A DNA stretch of 63,958 bases, the filler included, from Klebsormidium nitens (Eukaryota; Plantae; Klebsormidiophyceae): assembly GCA_000708835.1 (NCBI GenBank). It is 6 parts of 6 records of this genome, joined end to end, with 100 filler letters (N's around TTAATTAATTAA, not from the genome) between each part and the next. Parts side by side here need not be neighbours in the genome. Positions count along the whole stretch, not along the records: positions 1 to 10,976 come from DF238155.1; 5 more parts are not named here. The stretch is one strand, 5' to 3'. Below the pieces are notes generated by a model. That model was not told the DNA's origin and searched no databases. It was given only the letters and a program-made list of their open reading frames with translations. Both the position numbers and the translations under genes were made by a program. This document shows, piece after piece, positions 1-11,076 of this stretch (position 1 is its first letter; every line of letters begins with the position of its first letter).

Positions 1-2063
1 GGGGCTCACTGCTCTTGACGGTCCAGGTGGCGTCCTGTGCCAGGGCTGCCACGGCCGCCTGCAGCGCCTCCACATAATCCTGCAGCAACAGAAGGGCGCA
101 TCAGCGACCCATCCTGGAGTGGACAGCCCGAGGGCCACTGTGCGAGGCGCTGTGCTGCGGGGGTTGTTTCTCGCATGGCGAGCAGGCCCGGCGGTGTGTG
201 CCGGCAGGCAAGCAGTGGGGGCAGCGGCGCACCGGGGCGTCGGGCGCGGGGGTGCCGTCGGGGAGGGTGTGCTGCGCGTGGAGGGCGGGCAGGGCGAGGT
301 GGTCGCGGTGCTGGCAGTAGGTGGCCGCCAGGTCCAGCAGCTCCGCCAGCGCAGCGGGGGCGCCCTGCACGCACCATCACAGGGGGGGGTCAGCGCAGTA
401 CCAGAGGCAGAGGGGACCTCCCAAAGTAGCCGCTGGGCCCAGACAGTCGCGCCGCAGCATGTTTGACTGCAGCGCGAGGTGGCCCAGCAGGCACCAGCGG
501 CTGTGAGAGGCGCTGGCAGAGGCAATCCCTGCGCGTGCGCTCCGGTGGCGGCTCACCCGCTGCAGCTCCTTGCCCCCCCAGGGCAGGGCCCCAAGCACGG
601 CGTAGACGTACCAGTCCCCGCGCGCCTGCCACGCGGGCGCAGCGTCCAGCGCCGCCACCGCATCCGTGACCAGCGCCTGGAACAGCCGCAGCACGCCCGC
701 GGGGGACGCCACCAGGGTGCCCGCCTGCGCCAGGGGACACAGCGCATCCCATCACAGGAGCAAGAGACATGGAGCGAGGCACCCCTGTCGGCTGCCACCC
801 TAGGGGTATGTCTGGCAGCGAGTCGCGCATTGGCGGCTAGCAGACCGGCATGCGGAGGGCGGGCGGCACGGAGCGTGGGACTGACCAGAGTGGCGAGGAT
901 GCGCAGGCCGAGGCGAATGGTGAGGGGGTCCCCGCGCGCCAGGCCGGCCTGCAGCGCGGCGTGCACGGCCTCCACGGCGCGCTGCACAAAGTTGTAGTCG
1001 GCCACGTTGAGCAGGCCCAGCTGCACAGCAGGGACGCCGGGGACAGTCAGACGACCAGCGCGGCGGGCAGGGGGGAGACAGCAGGCGCGATGCAGGGCAG
1101 AGGGGGAGGGGGACACGCGCAGTGGGAGGGGTTGGTAGTGATGGAGGGGTGGTGGGGTGGTGGGCGCTCACGAGGGCAGCGTAGTAGGGCAGCTTGTGGG
1201 GCAGCTCCCAGGTGCACTCCAGCGTGATCTGCAGGGCACACACGCACACGCACGGTCAGCGCCACAGCCACCACCCCGCATCGTACACCGGCAAGCCGCA
1301 TGCACGAGCGCCCCGCGGCAAGGGTGGGGCTTCCCCAAAACTGAGCGCGGGGACCCGGTGCGCACCTGCAGGATCTGGTCCTCGTACGCCACGAGGTCGC
1401 GCTTGAGCGCCTGGGAGAGCAGCTCCTGCACACACGCGCACCAGCAGCCGCGTCAGCCGCAGCGGCCACCAAGCGGGCCGCCAGCGCAGCGGCGCGGCCA
1501 CCCAAGCAGCGGCGACGCAGTGATCCGCGAGGGGCGCGGGGCGCGGCGCACTCACCAGCTGCTCCTCGGCCTCAGGGAGGTGCTGTGAGCCGGGGGCCTT
1601 GTCCGCCAGGCGCACAATGTGCTGGCGCAGCACCGCCACCCTGGGGCAGCCAGTGAGCAGAGGGTCAGGACACGCGCACACGGGCAGGGAGCCAAGCGCA
1701 GGCAGGCAGCAAGAAGAAAGCAAGGCAGCAGCGCAGAGGCGTGCCGTGGTGGGAAGCAGCAATGGCAAGCGCACCACGTCCGGATGCCACAAACCAGTCC
1801 TCCTGACCTGTCGGGCCGTGCAGCCAGGCCGGGGCCTGCCCCCGGGGTATCTGCACACGGGCGCAGCGGAGTGAGCCCGGGAAGCAGTGCACGCGGGGGA
1901 AGGCAGCATGGCACAAGAGGGCACACCAAGGCGGCCAAGAGTGGCACAACAGGCAACACACTCGGCGAAGCTCCTGCAGTGGGTTGAAAGCTTGGCCAGT
2001 CTCACCCGCTGGCCGACCCTGGCGACCACCCTGGTAGCCGGGGCCATAGCTGCGCTGCGCCAT
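1..2063 (-). CDS. CBP80: Nuclear cap-binding protein subunit 1 (CBP80/ABH1), multi-exon, 3' part runs off the left edge of the window
   Basis: Exon peptides LPHKLPYYAALV / GLLNVADYNFVQRAVE / ARGDWYVYAVLGALPWGGKEL / DYVEALQAAV match remembered NCBP1 motifs ([42 protein letters not shown]). ATG at 2063 (MAQRSYG). GT-AG introns. Phases of the first two exons not fully resolved. Confidence 0.9.
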
Positions 2064-2733
2064 TGACTCAGTCAGGGATGGAGGACAACCTATGTAATGG
2101 TCAAGGGAGCAGAAGAAGCGACCATGGCACGAATCCACGATCCAAGCAGCAGGCGCCTCGCGGGAGGGTGGCTTTCAATGCCCACAGCACTGATGTCATT
2201 GCACTGCCACAGGCCCCATTGGCAATGGCATTGGCCTGGGCCTCCCGGGCCGTCTCCGAGTCGCACAAGGCACAGCTGGAGTCCTGATGTCAACAGGCGC
2301 AGCATGCGCAAGGCACAAGGAATATTACCGTACGGCGTACCGCCATACCGACGTCACGTTCACCGTGACTGGTTGGGTCCCTCCCGTCCTCGGCCCGGTC
2401 TATCGAAGGCTGTCCCGACTCTCTAGGTATACGGCCCTGCAGAGCAGCCGGGCCCTCCGAGGTGGACCCGGGGGCCACTGGCCGGCTTGTAAGTACCGGG
2501 GCAACCACTGTGACTGCTTGAAGGACCGCGTGACGGGACTTGGACAAAGAAGTTGCATGAGGCTGGCGTTAATTTCTTGAGCTGCAGCCATCATTTACCG
2601 TGCACTATCAAGATTCAAGCAGCTGGCCGCAAAAAATGCATAAATGATAAGGGTACCCATGTTTGAAATACTGTTACTTATGAGGATTTAATACCTACCT
2701 GTGAGAAATTACCCGGGGTAGCAACGTGATTAG

Positions 2734-2742
2734 AAACCCTAA
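2734..2742 (+). promoter_or_regulatory. Telo-box (AAACCCTAA) in the divergent CBP80 / TFIIS-N intergenic region
   Basis: Exact AAACCCTAA, with degenerate CCCTAACC/CCCAACC copies to about 2803. Telo-boxes are known plant promoter elements. Confidence 0.4.
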
Positions 2743-3079
2743 CCAACAGGCAGATCGCGCTACGTTCCCCGAAGCCACCCTAACCACCATCCCAACCCCA
2801 ACCGTTCCCCGGGCGTGTCTTAAGAGCTACATATTAGATCCTTATATGTACTAAACTTTATCCTAATATTAGTATGCAATAAAATATGAGTTGGCTCAGG
2901 CCTGATTGGCACCCCCAGCCAGACTTCTGCACAGATTGCAGGTTCAGTTGGCTCAATGGCTGCGGCTGCTGCCGCGTGCGTGGCCTCGCGTCAGTAGAGG
3001 CTGCTAGGACGCCTGGCGTGCAGGCTGGCGCGGGGCTGAGTTTGTGTGCGCCTCCCCCGATGAGGCGCGACACCCCGTG

Positions 3080-4747
3080 ATGGCCAGGAAGAGCACCGGC
3101 CGCAAGCGAGAGCGGGGGGACCACTCCGTGGAGCCAAACAAGCGCGAGCATTCTGACACCACCGACGAGCGCGTCATGGAGCCCGCGTTGCGCCTTGAGG
3201 ACATGCATGAGGTGAACGCACGTGCTTTGTGGCAGCCGAAGAACAAGCAGGAGCGCGGGCATCTAAGATGACCTCCGTTTCCCCCTGGCTGTTGGTCCGC
3301 CAGCTTGCGCGCGTGTGCCGAGAGATATCTGCGTTCGTGCAGCTGCGCTCGTGCTGCTGCATGGTTCGATGGTTGAGCGCTTGCGTGCGTGTGCGTGTTT
3401 TGTTCAGGTGGAGGAGCTGACGGACGCGGCGTCGGGCGGGCTGGCCTTCCCGGCGGGCGTCATCAAGATGCTGGACATCATGCACACCGTGCAGCTCGAC
3501 GCCGACGCCGGCGCGCATGCCACAGAGCAGGTCCTCACCAAGAGGGCCCTGCTGGCCAAGGTGAGCCGCAGCGCGCTGCCGCGAGGGGGCGCCACTACCA
3601 GGGCAGACATGTCTGGACAGCAGACATTCTCCGGCACTTCCAGCAGGCAACCAGCTGTATGCAACTGTGTCAGGTGTCCCTGTGCCGGCTTCAAGGAAGG
3701 GCCTCCATCAAGGGAGCGCCAAACCCCTGCGTATTTTCCTGTCGTGAGGCACCCTGACTGTGCTAGTGCATGCTGTTTGCTGGGACCAGTGCTCCCCCGA
3801 GGTGGCGCCCCGCTTCTGTCCTGGACCGATCGGCCGCTTGCGCTGAGTGCCAGTGGCGCAGGGCAGGCCCGCTGGGCAGGAGGGCCGCTCTTTGCATTCC
3901 GGTGGGACACCCACTGGCGAGGCGGGGCGGGAGGGACGCGGGGAAGCGCATGCTCGCTGACACCTGCTCTTGCTGCTCCTGCTGCCGCCAGATTGTGGCG
4001 TCCACATCGCGCGCCGACTGCGCGGCGCTCTTCCTCCGCGAGGGCGGCCTGGCCCAGCTGCAGGCCTGGCTGGGCGAGGCCATGGACGCCGCCGCCGAAT
4101 TCGCCGACGACCCCTCCGTGCGCGCGCACGTGGAGCGCCTCCTCATCGCGCTGCTCATCGCAGTCGAGCGCCTGCGGGTGAGCGCCCCATGCCGCCGTCT
4201 CTGCAACCTCCCCCCCGCCCTGTGCGTCCCTTTCGAGCAGCAGTCCTGTGTCCCTCCGCGCATGCACTCGGCTGTGGCGCTGCCGGGTGCGTGCCCCCCC
4301 ATGCTGACGGCCGGCGCTGTGCGGTGCTGTGCAGGAGCAGGCGGAGCGGCTGCAGGAGGGCACGATGGGGCTGGTGGCGGCGCTGGCCTCGCCGGAGGCG
4401 CAGTTCTCGGACCAGGTGAAGCTGCGCGCGCGCCGCCTGGGCAGCAGCTGGGGGGCAGACGGGCGGCGGCGCAGCGGCGGAGGAGGGGGTGTGTGGGACG
4501 GCGCGGGGGAGAGCAGCACGAGCGGGGCGGAGGTGGCGGTGGAGAGCAAGGGGGACACGAGCCCCAGCACCAGCGCGGAGCGCGACGAGAGCGCGGACAC
4601 CGTGTCGAGCAGGGCCGGCAGCCGCGCAGCAGCGGGGGTAGGCGCGGCGGGGCAGCGGGACGGGAAAGGGAGCGCGGGGGAGGGGCGGGGGGGCCGGGAT
4701 GCGGGGGTGGAGGAGGCGGCCGGGATCATGCGGCTGAATATGAACAG
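3080..4747 (+). CDS. TFIIS N-terminal (TFIIS-N/Med26-type) domain protein; exons 3080-3211, 3408-3560, 3992-4177, 4335-~4747
   Basis: First three exons are phase 0 with GT-AG boundaries. FLREGGLAQLQAWLGE...LLIALLIAVERL and QVKLRARRLGSSW fit the TFIIS-N helical bundle pattern. End of exon 4 uncertain. Confidence 0.7.
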
Positions 4748-5294
4748 GTGCAGAACCTCTCTGATCTCAGTGATTCTGTTGAGCAAACATATTGCCAGTT
4801 CTTGCCGAGCTTCAAAACAAATCTTTGCCGGAAGCGACATGTTCGAGCTGACCTTATCGCGATCTTGCAGTTTCTTGCTCCCAATGTTTGTAGAGCAGGG
4901 CATTTTGTCTTATGAATCTATCAGACAAAGATGGAAAATATCATTAGGGCACTGACAAGAGTCGTAGTTTATCCCGTATCTTCTATCGCACTGAGCACCC
5001 AGAGAACCTTAGCTCGTTGTCCCAAGTTTCGACCAGCCTGGCTCTTTCGAGTGAACTGGACTAGGGAGGTCTGAAGGCGGCTGGTGTGAACAAACGTGTT
5101 CGGTCAGGCCCAGAATCAGGGGGACAGTTCATACAGAGACGCCGCTTGAATCTTTGAGAAATGCAGGTGCAGTAACAAAGCATGTTTTGTATCTATTATG
5201 AGCAGAAAGGAATCGCTTGTACACAGAATAATCCCACATGCCCAGCCAGTTCCAACAAATTGTGGGTTTGTCCCGTCACCCCCCTGGGGATAAG

Positions 5295-5895
5295 TGGCGC
5301 TTCACTCACTGCAATGGCCGCATCTTCTCACCTGGCCCCCGCTCCTTCCAGCCCGGTGGCGGGCGCGCCTCTGCCGCCCAGCTTTGGCGGCGCGCCCGAG
5401 GAGGGCTGCCCCCGCGGCGGCAACGAGGGGCAGGAGCCAGAGCGCAGCAAGTACGCCAAGATTGACACCGCCGCCGGCAGCATGCCAGGGGGCCTCCCAG
5501 GAGGGGCGCCGCACTGGGGGCCACAGCCACACGAGGGGGGTCCGCGCCTGCGGCGGGGAAGGTGGGGGACGGGCAGGCAGGCGCGGGGCAGCAGCGACGC
5601 AGGGGCAACAGCGGAGCTGGCGGGAAGCTTGGCGGCGCTGCGGGTGTGTGGGAATGCAGGCGGGAAGGGTATGCTTGACGAGGGAGCGTCTCGCGGAGAG
5701 AGGCGGCACGAGGGGCTGCACAGGCAGGAGCTGCCAAAGGAGGCGAGCGGGGGGGGAGCGGGGGCGCGAGCTTGCAGCAAGGGGGGACGGATTGGGGCGT
5801 CGGCAATGCGAGACATGACCATAGGCGAGGACCTACAGCTGGCAGGCACGTTGAACCGCATGGATAACGACACGGCAAGATCGGCAAATGCATAA
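5295..5895 (+). CDS. Probable terminal low-complexity exon of the TFIIS-N gene
   Basis: GC-rich open frame (PAPSSPVAGAPLPPSFGG...EPERSKYAKIDT) resumes after an AT-rich stretch. AG at 5293-5294 is phase-compatible with the 4747 donor but is a weak acceptor. Confidence 0.35.
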
Positions 5896-7311
5896 CAAGC
5901 AGTTGTGTTGGACGGACGGGGAAAGCAGCGACGGTAATGTATAGTGTGTCCACTAGTGAAATACCCGCGTCCCTTTGAGCATCCGGTCAAAGGAGGCTCT
6001 AGCTGTTACCCTCTTCAAAACGAAGTTGTAAATGCTGCCCTGTTTTAAGGATGTTAATCGGCCTATGGTTCAACTCCTATGACACTAATGCAGACATATT
6101 CAAGCTTTCCTTGAGGGCTCAAGGATGCTCACTGGCTTCTCGTGGCTTTCATTGCTTCAGAGTACGTTCACATAAATTGAGGCATGTCAAAAGAGTATGA
6201 TTAGCTTGCTAGTAAGTATCGACTTGCATCAATACTATGGTGACTGTTCTTAAAACCTTCTGTCGTCAATCTTCTCGTGCAAAACCGGTACGTTGCATCT
6301 TGCCAGCTGAAGTTCGACGAGTTGAAATGCATGCACATGCATGATTAAGGTTGACTCGCAAGTTATGAGAGTGCCTTCGCGGTATATGCGGATTTTTGAT
6401 ATCGAAGTACGTCTGCATTCGGATGCATGCAGTGAATTTGACTAACTGTAGCGGCATAAATGAGTTGCATTTACCGAATCATACGTACAATTGTGACAAG
6501 TGCTTGGCTTGTGCGAAACACATGCCTATCAAGCTCACGTTTAATATTGCCATGCTGCTTTGCTGACGTGCATGGCCCCTTTAATAGCTGAATTTCCAAG
6601 TCTCGTTTTCCAACTTTCGATGTTGGGTCGGACCATAATTAGCAAATTCAAATTGACAAGTTTGAAGTCTGTTTAGGCCACGCGATACTAAGGCCCAGCT
6701 TGCATGAATGGATTTTTTTCGTCTTCTTTTTTGAATTGAATTAAGTGACTAGTTGGTGAAACATATACGTCTACTACTAGTAGCTTCAGCGTGGTGCTTG
6801 AAGCATCCGGCAATCATCATGATCTCGTGAGACGTTGTCTTAAACAACCTTAAACAATTTAGTCGACTATTCCGGTTGTGATGATTGGGCTATGGTTAAG
6901 TCTAACCGCACAATCGCACAAGAAGTAACCTTTGGGTTTGCCAGTTTGCCGACGTATCGGCATGAGCTAGGCCATTTATTGATGAGAAATAATTAGTTGT
7001 AATCATGCCACCGGCTAAGATGTATGGTAGGGCAATGATGATATTTAGTTTTGTTCAGTTCTGTTCAGTCCTAAACAATTTGTTAAGCTGTCAGGACCAG
7101 GATTGCTTGGCGTGGCGCACTGTGCTCTACTATGCGATTGAATCAATAAGCTACCTCAACAGCTGGACGGGGGACTTGGAAATGATTGGATGCAGACCTC
7201 GACTCGCGCTCGAGACTGCCCCTCCATGATTCAAGACTTCACTGACTGCGAGCGAGGAACAAAACTTGGTTCAACTTGCAGGGATCCTTGAAGTCAAGTC
7301 CCAACCAGCGA

Positions 7312-7459
7312 GCAGAACTGTCTTGAGGGGAAAGAAAACATTTTTACAGAGCTGCGCCTTCGTCCAAGAAAGCCTGCAACCATGGTTTTCTGCACATGGC
7401 TGCCGTTTGTGTATGTGGTTATTCTGCCAGCGCTTCGCTTAAACTGGCCAAGCGTCACA
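7312..7459 (+). repeat. Dispersed coding-derived repeat of unknown family (copy 1; homologous to 15779-15925)
   Basis: Clear nucleotide alignment to 15779-15925. Reads CLEGKENIFTELRLRPRKPATMVFCTWLPFVYVVILPALRLNWPSVT. Confidence 0.7.
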
Positions 7460-7857
7460 GTGGTATCAGAGGGTAGTGTTCCGATCTCTTTGCGAGATTG
7501 GAGGTGGGTCCATGTTGAAGAACAAGCGCCTCGCGTCTTTTCTCGACCAAATTACGGATCTGTGTTTCCAGCATCTCAGAGTTGGGGACGGCGCGAAAGC
7601 TCTGAAGGGGAGCTTGCAAAGCCTTCCACCAATACACTCAGCCCGGAGGCCGCGCCTGCCGCATTCACTCCTGCAAGCAAGGGGAAGGAGAAGGTTTCTA
7701 GAGATCTATTAGAGAAGCAAGTAGGCTGCTATCTCTGAGGATTGGGAGCGACGATGGCGACAGTGGAGGCGTGTGGGTGACGCCATTGAGGCAAAGAAGA
7801 CAGCCCGCAAGAGGAGCGTGACGATTTAGATGCTAGAGTAATTCGTCTGAGTGGGAG

Positions 7858-8823
7858 TGTTAGAATTCCGTGATTATGGTCAGCCGAATCACTATGCCAC
7901 ATGATGTGATTAGGGTTCGACCCGTGTAGGGTTTGAACTAGTGAGCGCCGGCGTGCGTGTACGGAGTTTAGGCGGTTAAACCGTTAGGCGGTTTGAAGGT
8001 TAGGCGGTTGCATGATGAAAGCGGCCGTCAGTGTAAGCTGTAGATGAGCATATCCGAAGGCTAACTTTGAGTGTGACTGTGAGCTAGGCTAGTGAGTCTA
8101 GTAGTGTGTGACCTAGACTAGTAAGCCTAGTAGGCTAGTGAGCCTTGTGCAACGGGAGAGACCCGTAGACTTATGATGGTGAAAACCACTATTGTAATAC
8201 ATCANNNNNNNNNNNNNNNNNNNNNNNNNNNNNNNNNNNNNNNNNNNNNNNNNNNNNNNNNNNNNNNNNNNNNNNNNNNNNNNNNNNNNNNNNNNNNNNN
8301 NNNNNNNNNNNNNNNNNNNNNNNNNNNNNNNNNNNNNNNNNNNNNNNNNNNNNNNNNNNNNNNNNNNNNNNNNNNNNNNNNNNNNNNNNNNNNNNNNNNN
8401 NNNNNNNNNNNNNNNNNNNNNNNNNNNNNNNNNNNNNNNNNNNNNNNNNNNNNNNNNNNNNNNNNNNNNNNNNNNNNNNNNNNNNNNNNNNNNNNNNNNN
8501 NNNNNNNNNNNNNNNNNNNNNNNNNNNNNNNNNNNNNNNNNNNNNNNNNNNNNNNNNNNNNNNNNNNNNNNNNNNNNNNNNNNNNNNNNNNNNNNNNNNN
8601 NNNNNNNNNNNNNNNNNNNNNNNNNNNNNNNNNNNNNNNNNNNNNNNNNNNNNNNNNNNNNNNNNNNNNNNNNNNNNNNNNNNNNNNNNNNNNNNNNNNN
8701 NNNNNNNNGATGCATGACTGCCATCAATGAGTGATGAGCATGGGTGCCGGGCAAGTGACACGATAAAGACTCCGAAGACGGGTAACTCAACTACACTACG
8801 ACTCCCTACCATGAGTTTCAACA
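7858..8823. mobile_element. LTR of a Ty1/copia-type family (spans an N gap)
   Basis: Begins TGTTAGAATT, ends TTTCAACA. The left part aligns to 62590-62790 and 63830-63958; the right end aligns to 9331-9438 and 58143-58162. Sense orientation ambiguous; minus fits the flanking pol fragments. Confidence 0.75.
8205..8708. other. Scaffold gap (504 N)
   Basis: Run of N. Confidence 1.
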
Positions 8824-8824
8824 G

Positions 8825-9284
8825 AGGGCCTATTTAGATCAAAATCGGGGATTCGGTGTCCAAAACGGGGTTTTGCTGACGTTTGTCAAATCCGAAAAAT
8901 GCAGGGTTTCTGCAACCCCGCACCCTTATCGAGACCGCATCGGGTCCTAGTTTCCGGGCGCTGGATGTCGTACATCAGCTTTCGTCACTCGTATGTACTG
9001 ATTTGTGTACACCGCGTGTACAAATTGGAAAAGGCCGCTCGATCGGCAACTTGCCGCCTTCATCGTTCTCCCCATGCGTTACCTACACCCCTTTTCGCAC
9101 TCGACATCCGGGCATAGTGTTGGGTGCCGAATTTTGCAGAGTGGACATCCGTGATGTGGCCGACGTCAGTAGAGACTCGGTCGGTCTGGATAGCCCAAAC
9201 CGGATCTCGAATGTCGATTTCGAGGCCCGGGCGCGCAATTTGCCCGAGAAACCCCACATCCCGATTTTGGTTTGAATAGGCCCT
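8825..9284. mobile_element. Non-autonomous TIR element (MITE), PIF/Harbinger (Tourist)-like
   Basis: 25-bp TIRs, 22/25 identical: AGGGCCTATTTAGATCAAAATCGGG versus reverse complement AGGGCCTATTCAAACCAAAATCGGG. Candidate 3-bp TSD (AGA/TGA, or ACA/ACA depending on boundary). No ORF. Confidence 0.7.
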
Positions 9285-9330
9285 GACAGAAGGAAGCCGC
9301 TTGTGAGGCGCTTCGTGTGTTCCTCTTAGA

Positions 9331-9438
9331 ATGCATTGATGCTATCAATGAGACATGAGCATGGGTGCCGGGTAACACGATAAGACCCGATGACGAGTAA
9401 CTCAACTACACTGCGACCCCCAACCATGTGTTTCAACG
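9331..9438. mobile_element. Partial second copy of the same LTR end
   Basis: Aligns to 8709-8823 (atgagcatgggtgccggg...gtaactcaactacact...tttcaac[a/g]). Confidence 0.8.
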
Positions 9439-9779
9439 AACTCCAAGGCGTGCCCAATGCTCCAAGAGAGCGACGGAAGCTTATCATCTGCAGGGATGTC
9501 GTTTTTTCAAGGGGGAGCGAAGGAAGAAGGGGCTGTTGTTGGACTTAGCTCGACCTTACGGATGATTCGCCTACGGCGGAGAGGGTGGCGTACAAGATCC
9601 TCCCACGGCTTCCGTTGCGCCGTGCTTCTCCGTCTCCGTCTTAGTTCCCGCTGCCAGGGTCTAGCTTCGTCTCCTCAACGCTCACAAACCCCATATGCGG
9701 CATCTCTCCTCCGTCGTCCCACTGATTATCCGACTAAAGGTCAACCTCAATGACCTTGACCGGCCTCACCTCCGCTTGC

Positions 9780-10976
9780 TTCTTCTCCATTTACACTAGT
9801 CGCGGCTTTGGCGCCGCTTTCCAAAACCAACGCTCCGTTCTGATTGGCCCCTTGAACGCCAAGAACGCGCTTGCCTTTTTCACCGTTGCAAACTCCACGA
9901 TTTCCCCTCTTGCACCGCCTCCATTCTCACCAAATTTTCCGTCTCAAACCGGGCAATCCCCTTTCAAAGGATATCCGTGCGTCCCTGTTAGTTGCTCGCC
10001 GCATTGCGAACAAGTTTGCTCTTGCTCCCGAAACGGGCTAAACCTCGTTCAAAATCACCTTGCTCGCTCCAATTGGTGTCTCACACTCCAAGACGACTCT
10101 CCCGATGCCCCAACCGCCTTCCCGGCTTTTCCTCCAAGCCACTCAATATTCTCCGCACGCGCAAGCCTCTCATAGCGTGCAAATTGCCTTTTATCTGGCA
10201 TAATGTGTTGGCGCTTTCCGAGTTGACAAGCCACACATCCGCCGGCACCCGCATTTCAAGTTTGCGCCACGCCATAAACGCCACTCCGGCAAACTCCTTC
10301 TGATTCGGGCGGTCCCCATCGTCGCTCTTTGCGCCACCTCGGGGCTTTCTACACACCGAGCTTATGCGGCACCTCACCCACACTTGAAGCACTCCGCGTT
10401 TCACTTCCGGCAATGGGCCCGGACGTGGCCCTTCTTTCCGCAAGTCTAGCACGTTCTTGTGTCGGGACCGGTTTCACGCCTTACCCCTCCCCGCTCAATT
10501 GACCCCTTGACCTAACGGTCTCATATTGTTCCCGCTTGGCAACGAATGCCTTCCCCATACTCTACTCCTCCTTCTCCTTAGGTCCTAGCTCCCCTTCCAA
10601 CTTCAGATTTTGCTCCTGCTGCATGAGCTTAGGCTGAATTGTGTCCAACGTCAACTCCTTCCCACTCAACTCTAGATACTCAACTAGACTTGCATACCCC
10701 TTTAGCAAACCATTCAAGGCATGGATTGCCAACTCTATCTCGGAAAAAATTTGACCCACTGTCTCCAAATCCACCTCAATCTCGTAAAACTCCCCCACGT
10801 ACTCCGCAATGCTCTTCTCCAGGTCAACGTCAAGCGCGTCAACTTTTTCTTAAGTTGGACCATTTTTGTTGTTGCTCGTCTTCTCAAAGTTCTCCTCAAG
10901 CGTCTTCTGAGCTTTGGCAGCCGTGGACTCCTCGATAAACAACTTTACATAGGCATTTTGAGTGTGTAGGATCATC
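9780..10976 (-). pseudogene. Decayed Ty1/copia gag - zinc knuckle - protease region
   Basis: Gag peptide ELAIHALNGLLKGYASLVEYLELSGKELTLDTIQPKLMQQEQ, broken CCHC (ECFKCG), protease motif VWLVNSES (canonical WLVDSG) followed by PDKRQFARYERL. Stops and frameshifts present. Confidence 0.85.
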
Positions 10977-11076
10977 NNNNNNNNNNNNNNNNNNNNNNNN
11001 NNNNNNNNNNNNNNNNNNNNTTAATTAATTAANNNNNNNNNNNNNNNNNNNNNNNNNNNNNNNNNNNNNNNNNNNN
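10977..11076. other. Artificial contig linker N44-TTAATTAATTAA-N44
   Basis: Identical 100-nt spacer with six-frame stops occurs five times. Confidence 0.98.

Noticed and set aside
2290-2580. Structured-looking intergenic stretch considered as an ncRNA (SRP, MRP, telomerase RNA)
   Set aside because: No diagnostic conserved motif found by eye; would need an Infernal/Rfam search
2690-2701. ATACCTACCTG resembling the U1 snRNA 5' end, and an Sm-like AATTTCTTG at about 2571
   Set aside because: One mismatch and no downstream U1 stem-loops; no snRNA promoter elements seen
4966-4990. Similarity of tagtttatcccgtatcttctatc to 23938-23964
   Set aside because: The second copy is simply the pyrimidine tract of a used acceptor; short and low complexity
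6-5990. Many long overlapping ORFs on both strands
   Set aside because: Expected from very high GC with few stops; real exons identified by motifs and splice phases
7461-7471. TGGTATCAGAG, a tRNA-iMet PBS-like motif
   Set aside because: The upstream sequence is not homologous to the LTR, and the motif lies inside the coding-derived repeat frame; probably chance
11021-11032. TTAATTAATTAA palindrome repeated five times within N runs
   Set aside because: Identical 100-nt artificial spacer with six-frame stops used to join contigs; not biological, and gene order across it is meaningless
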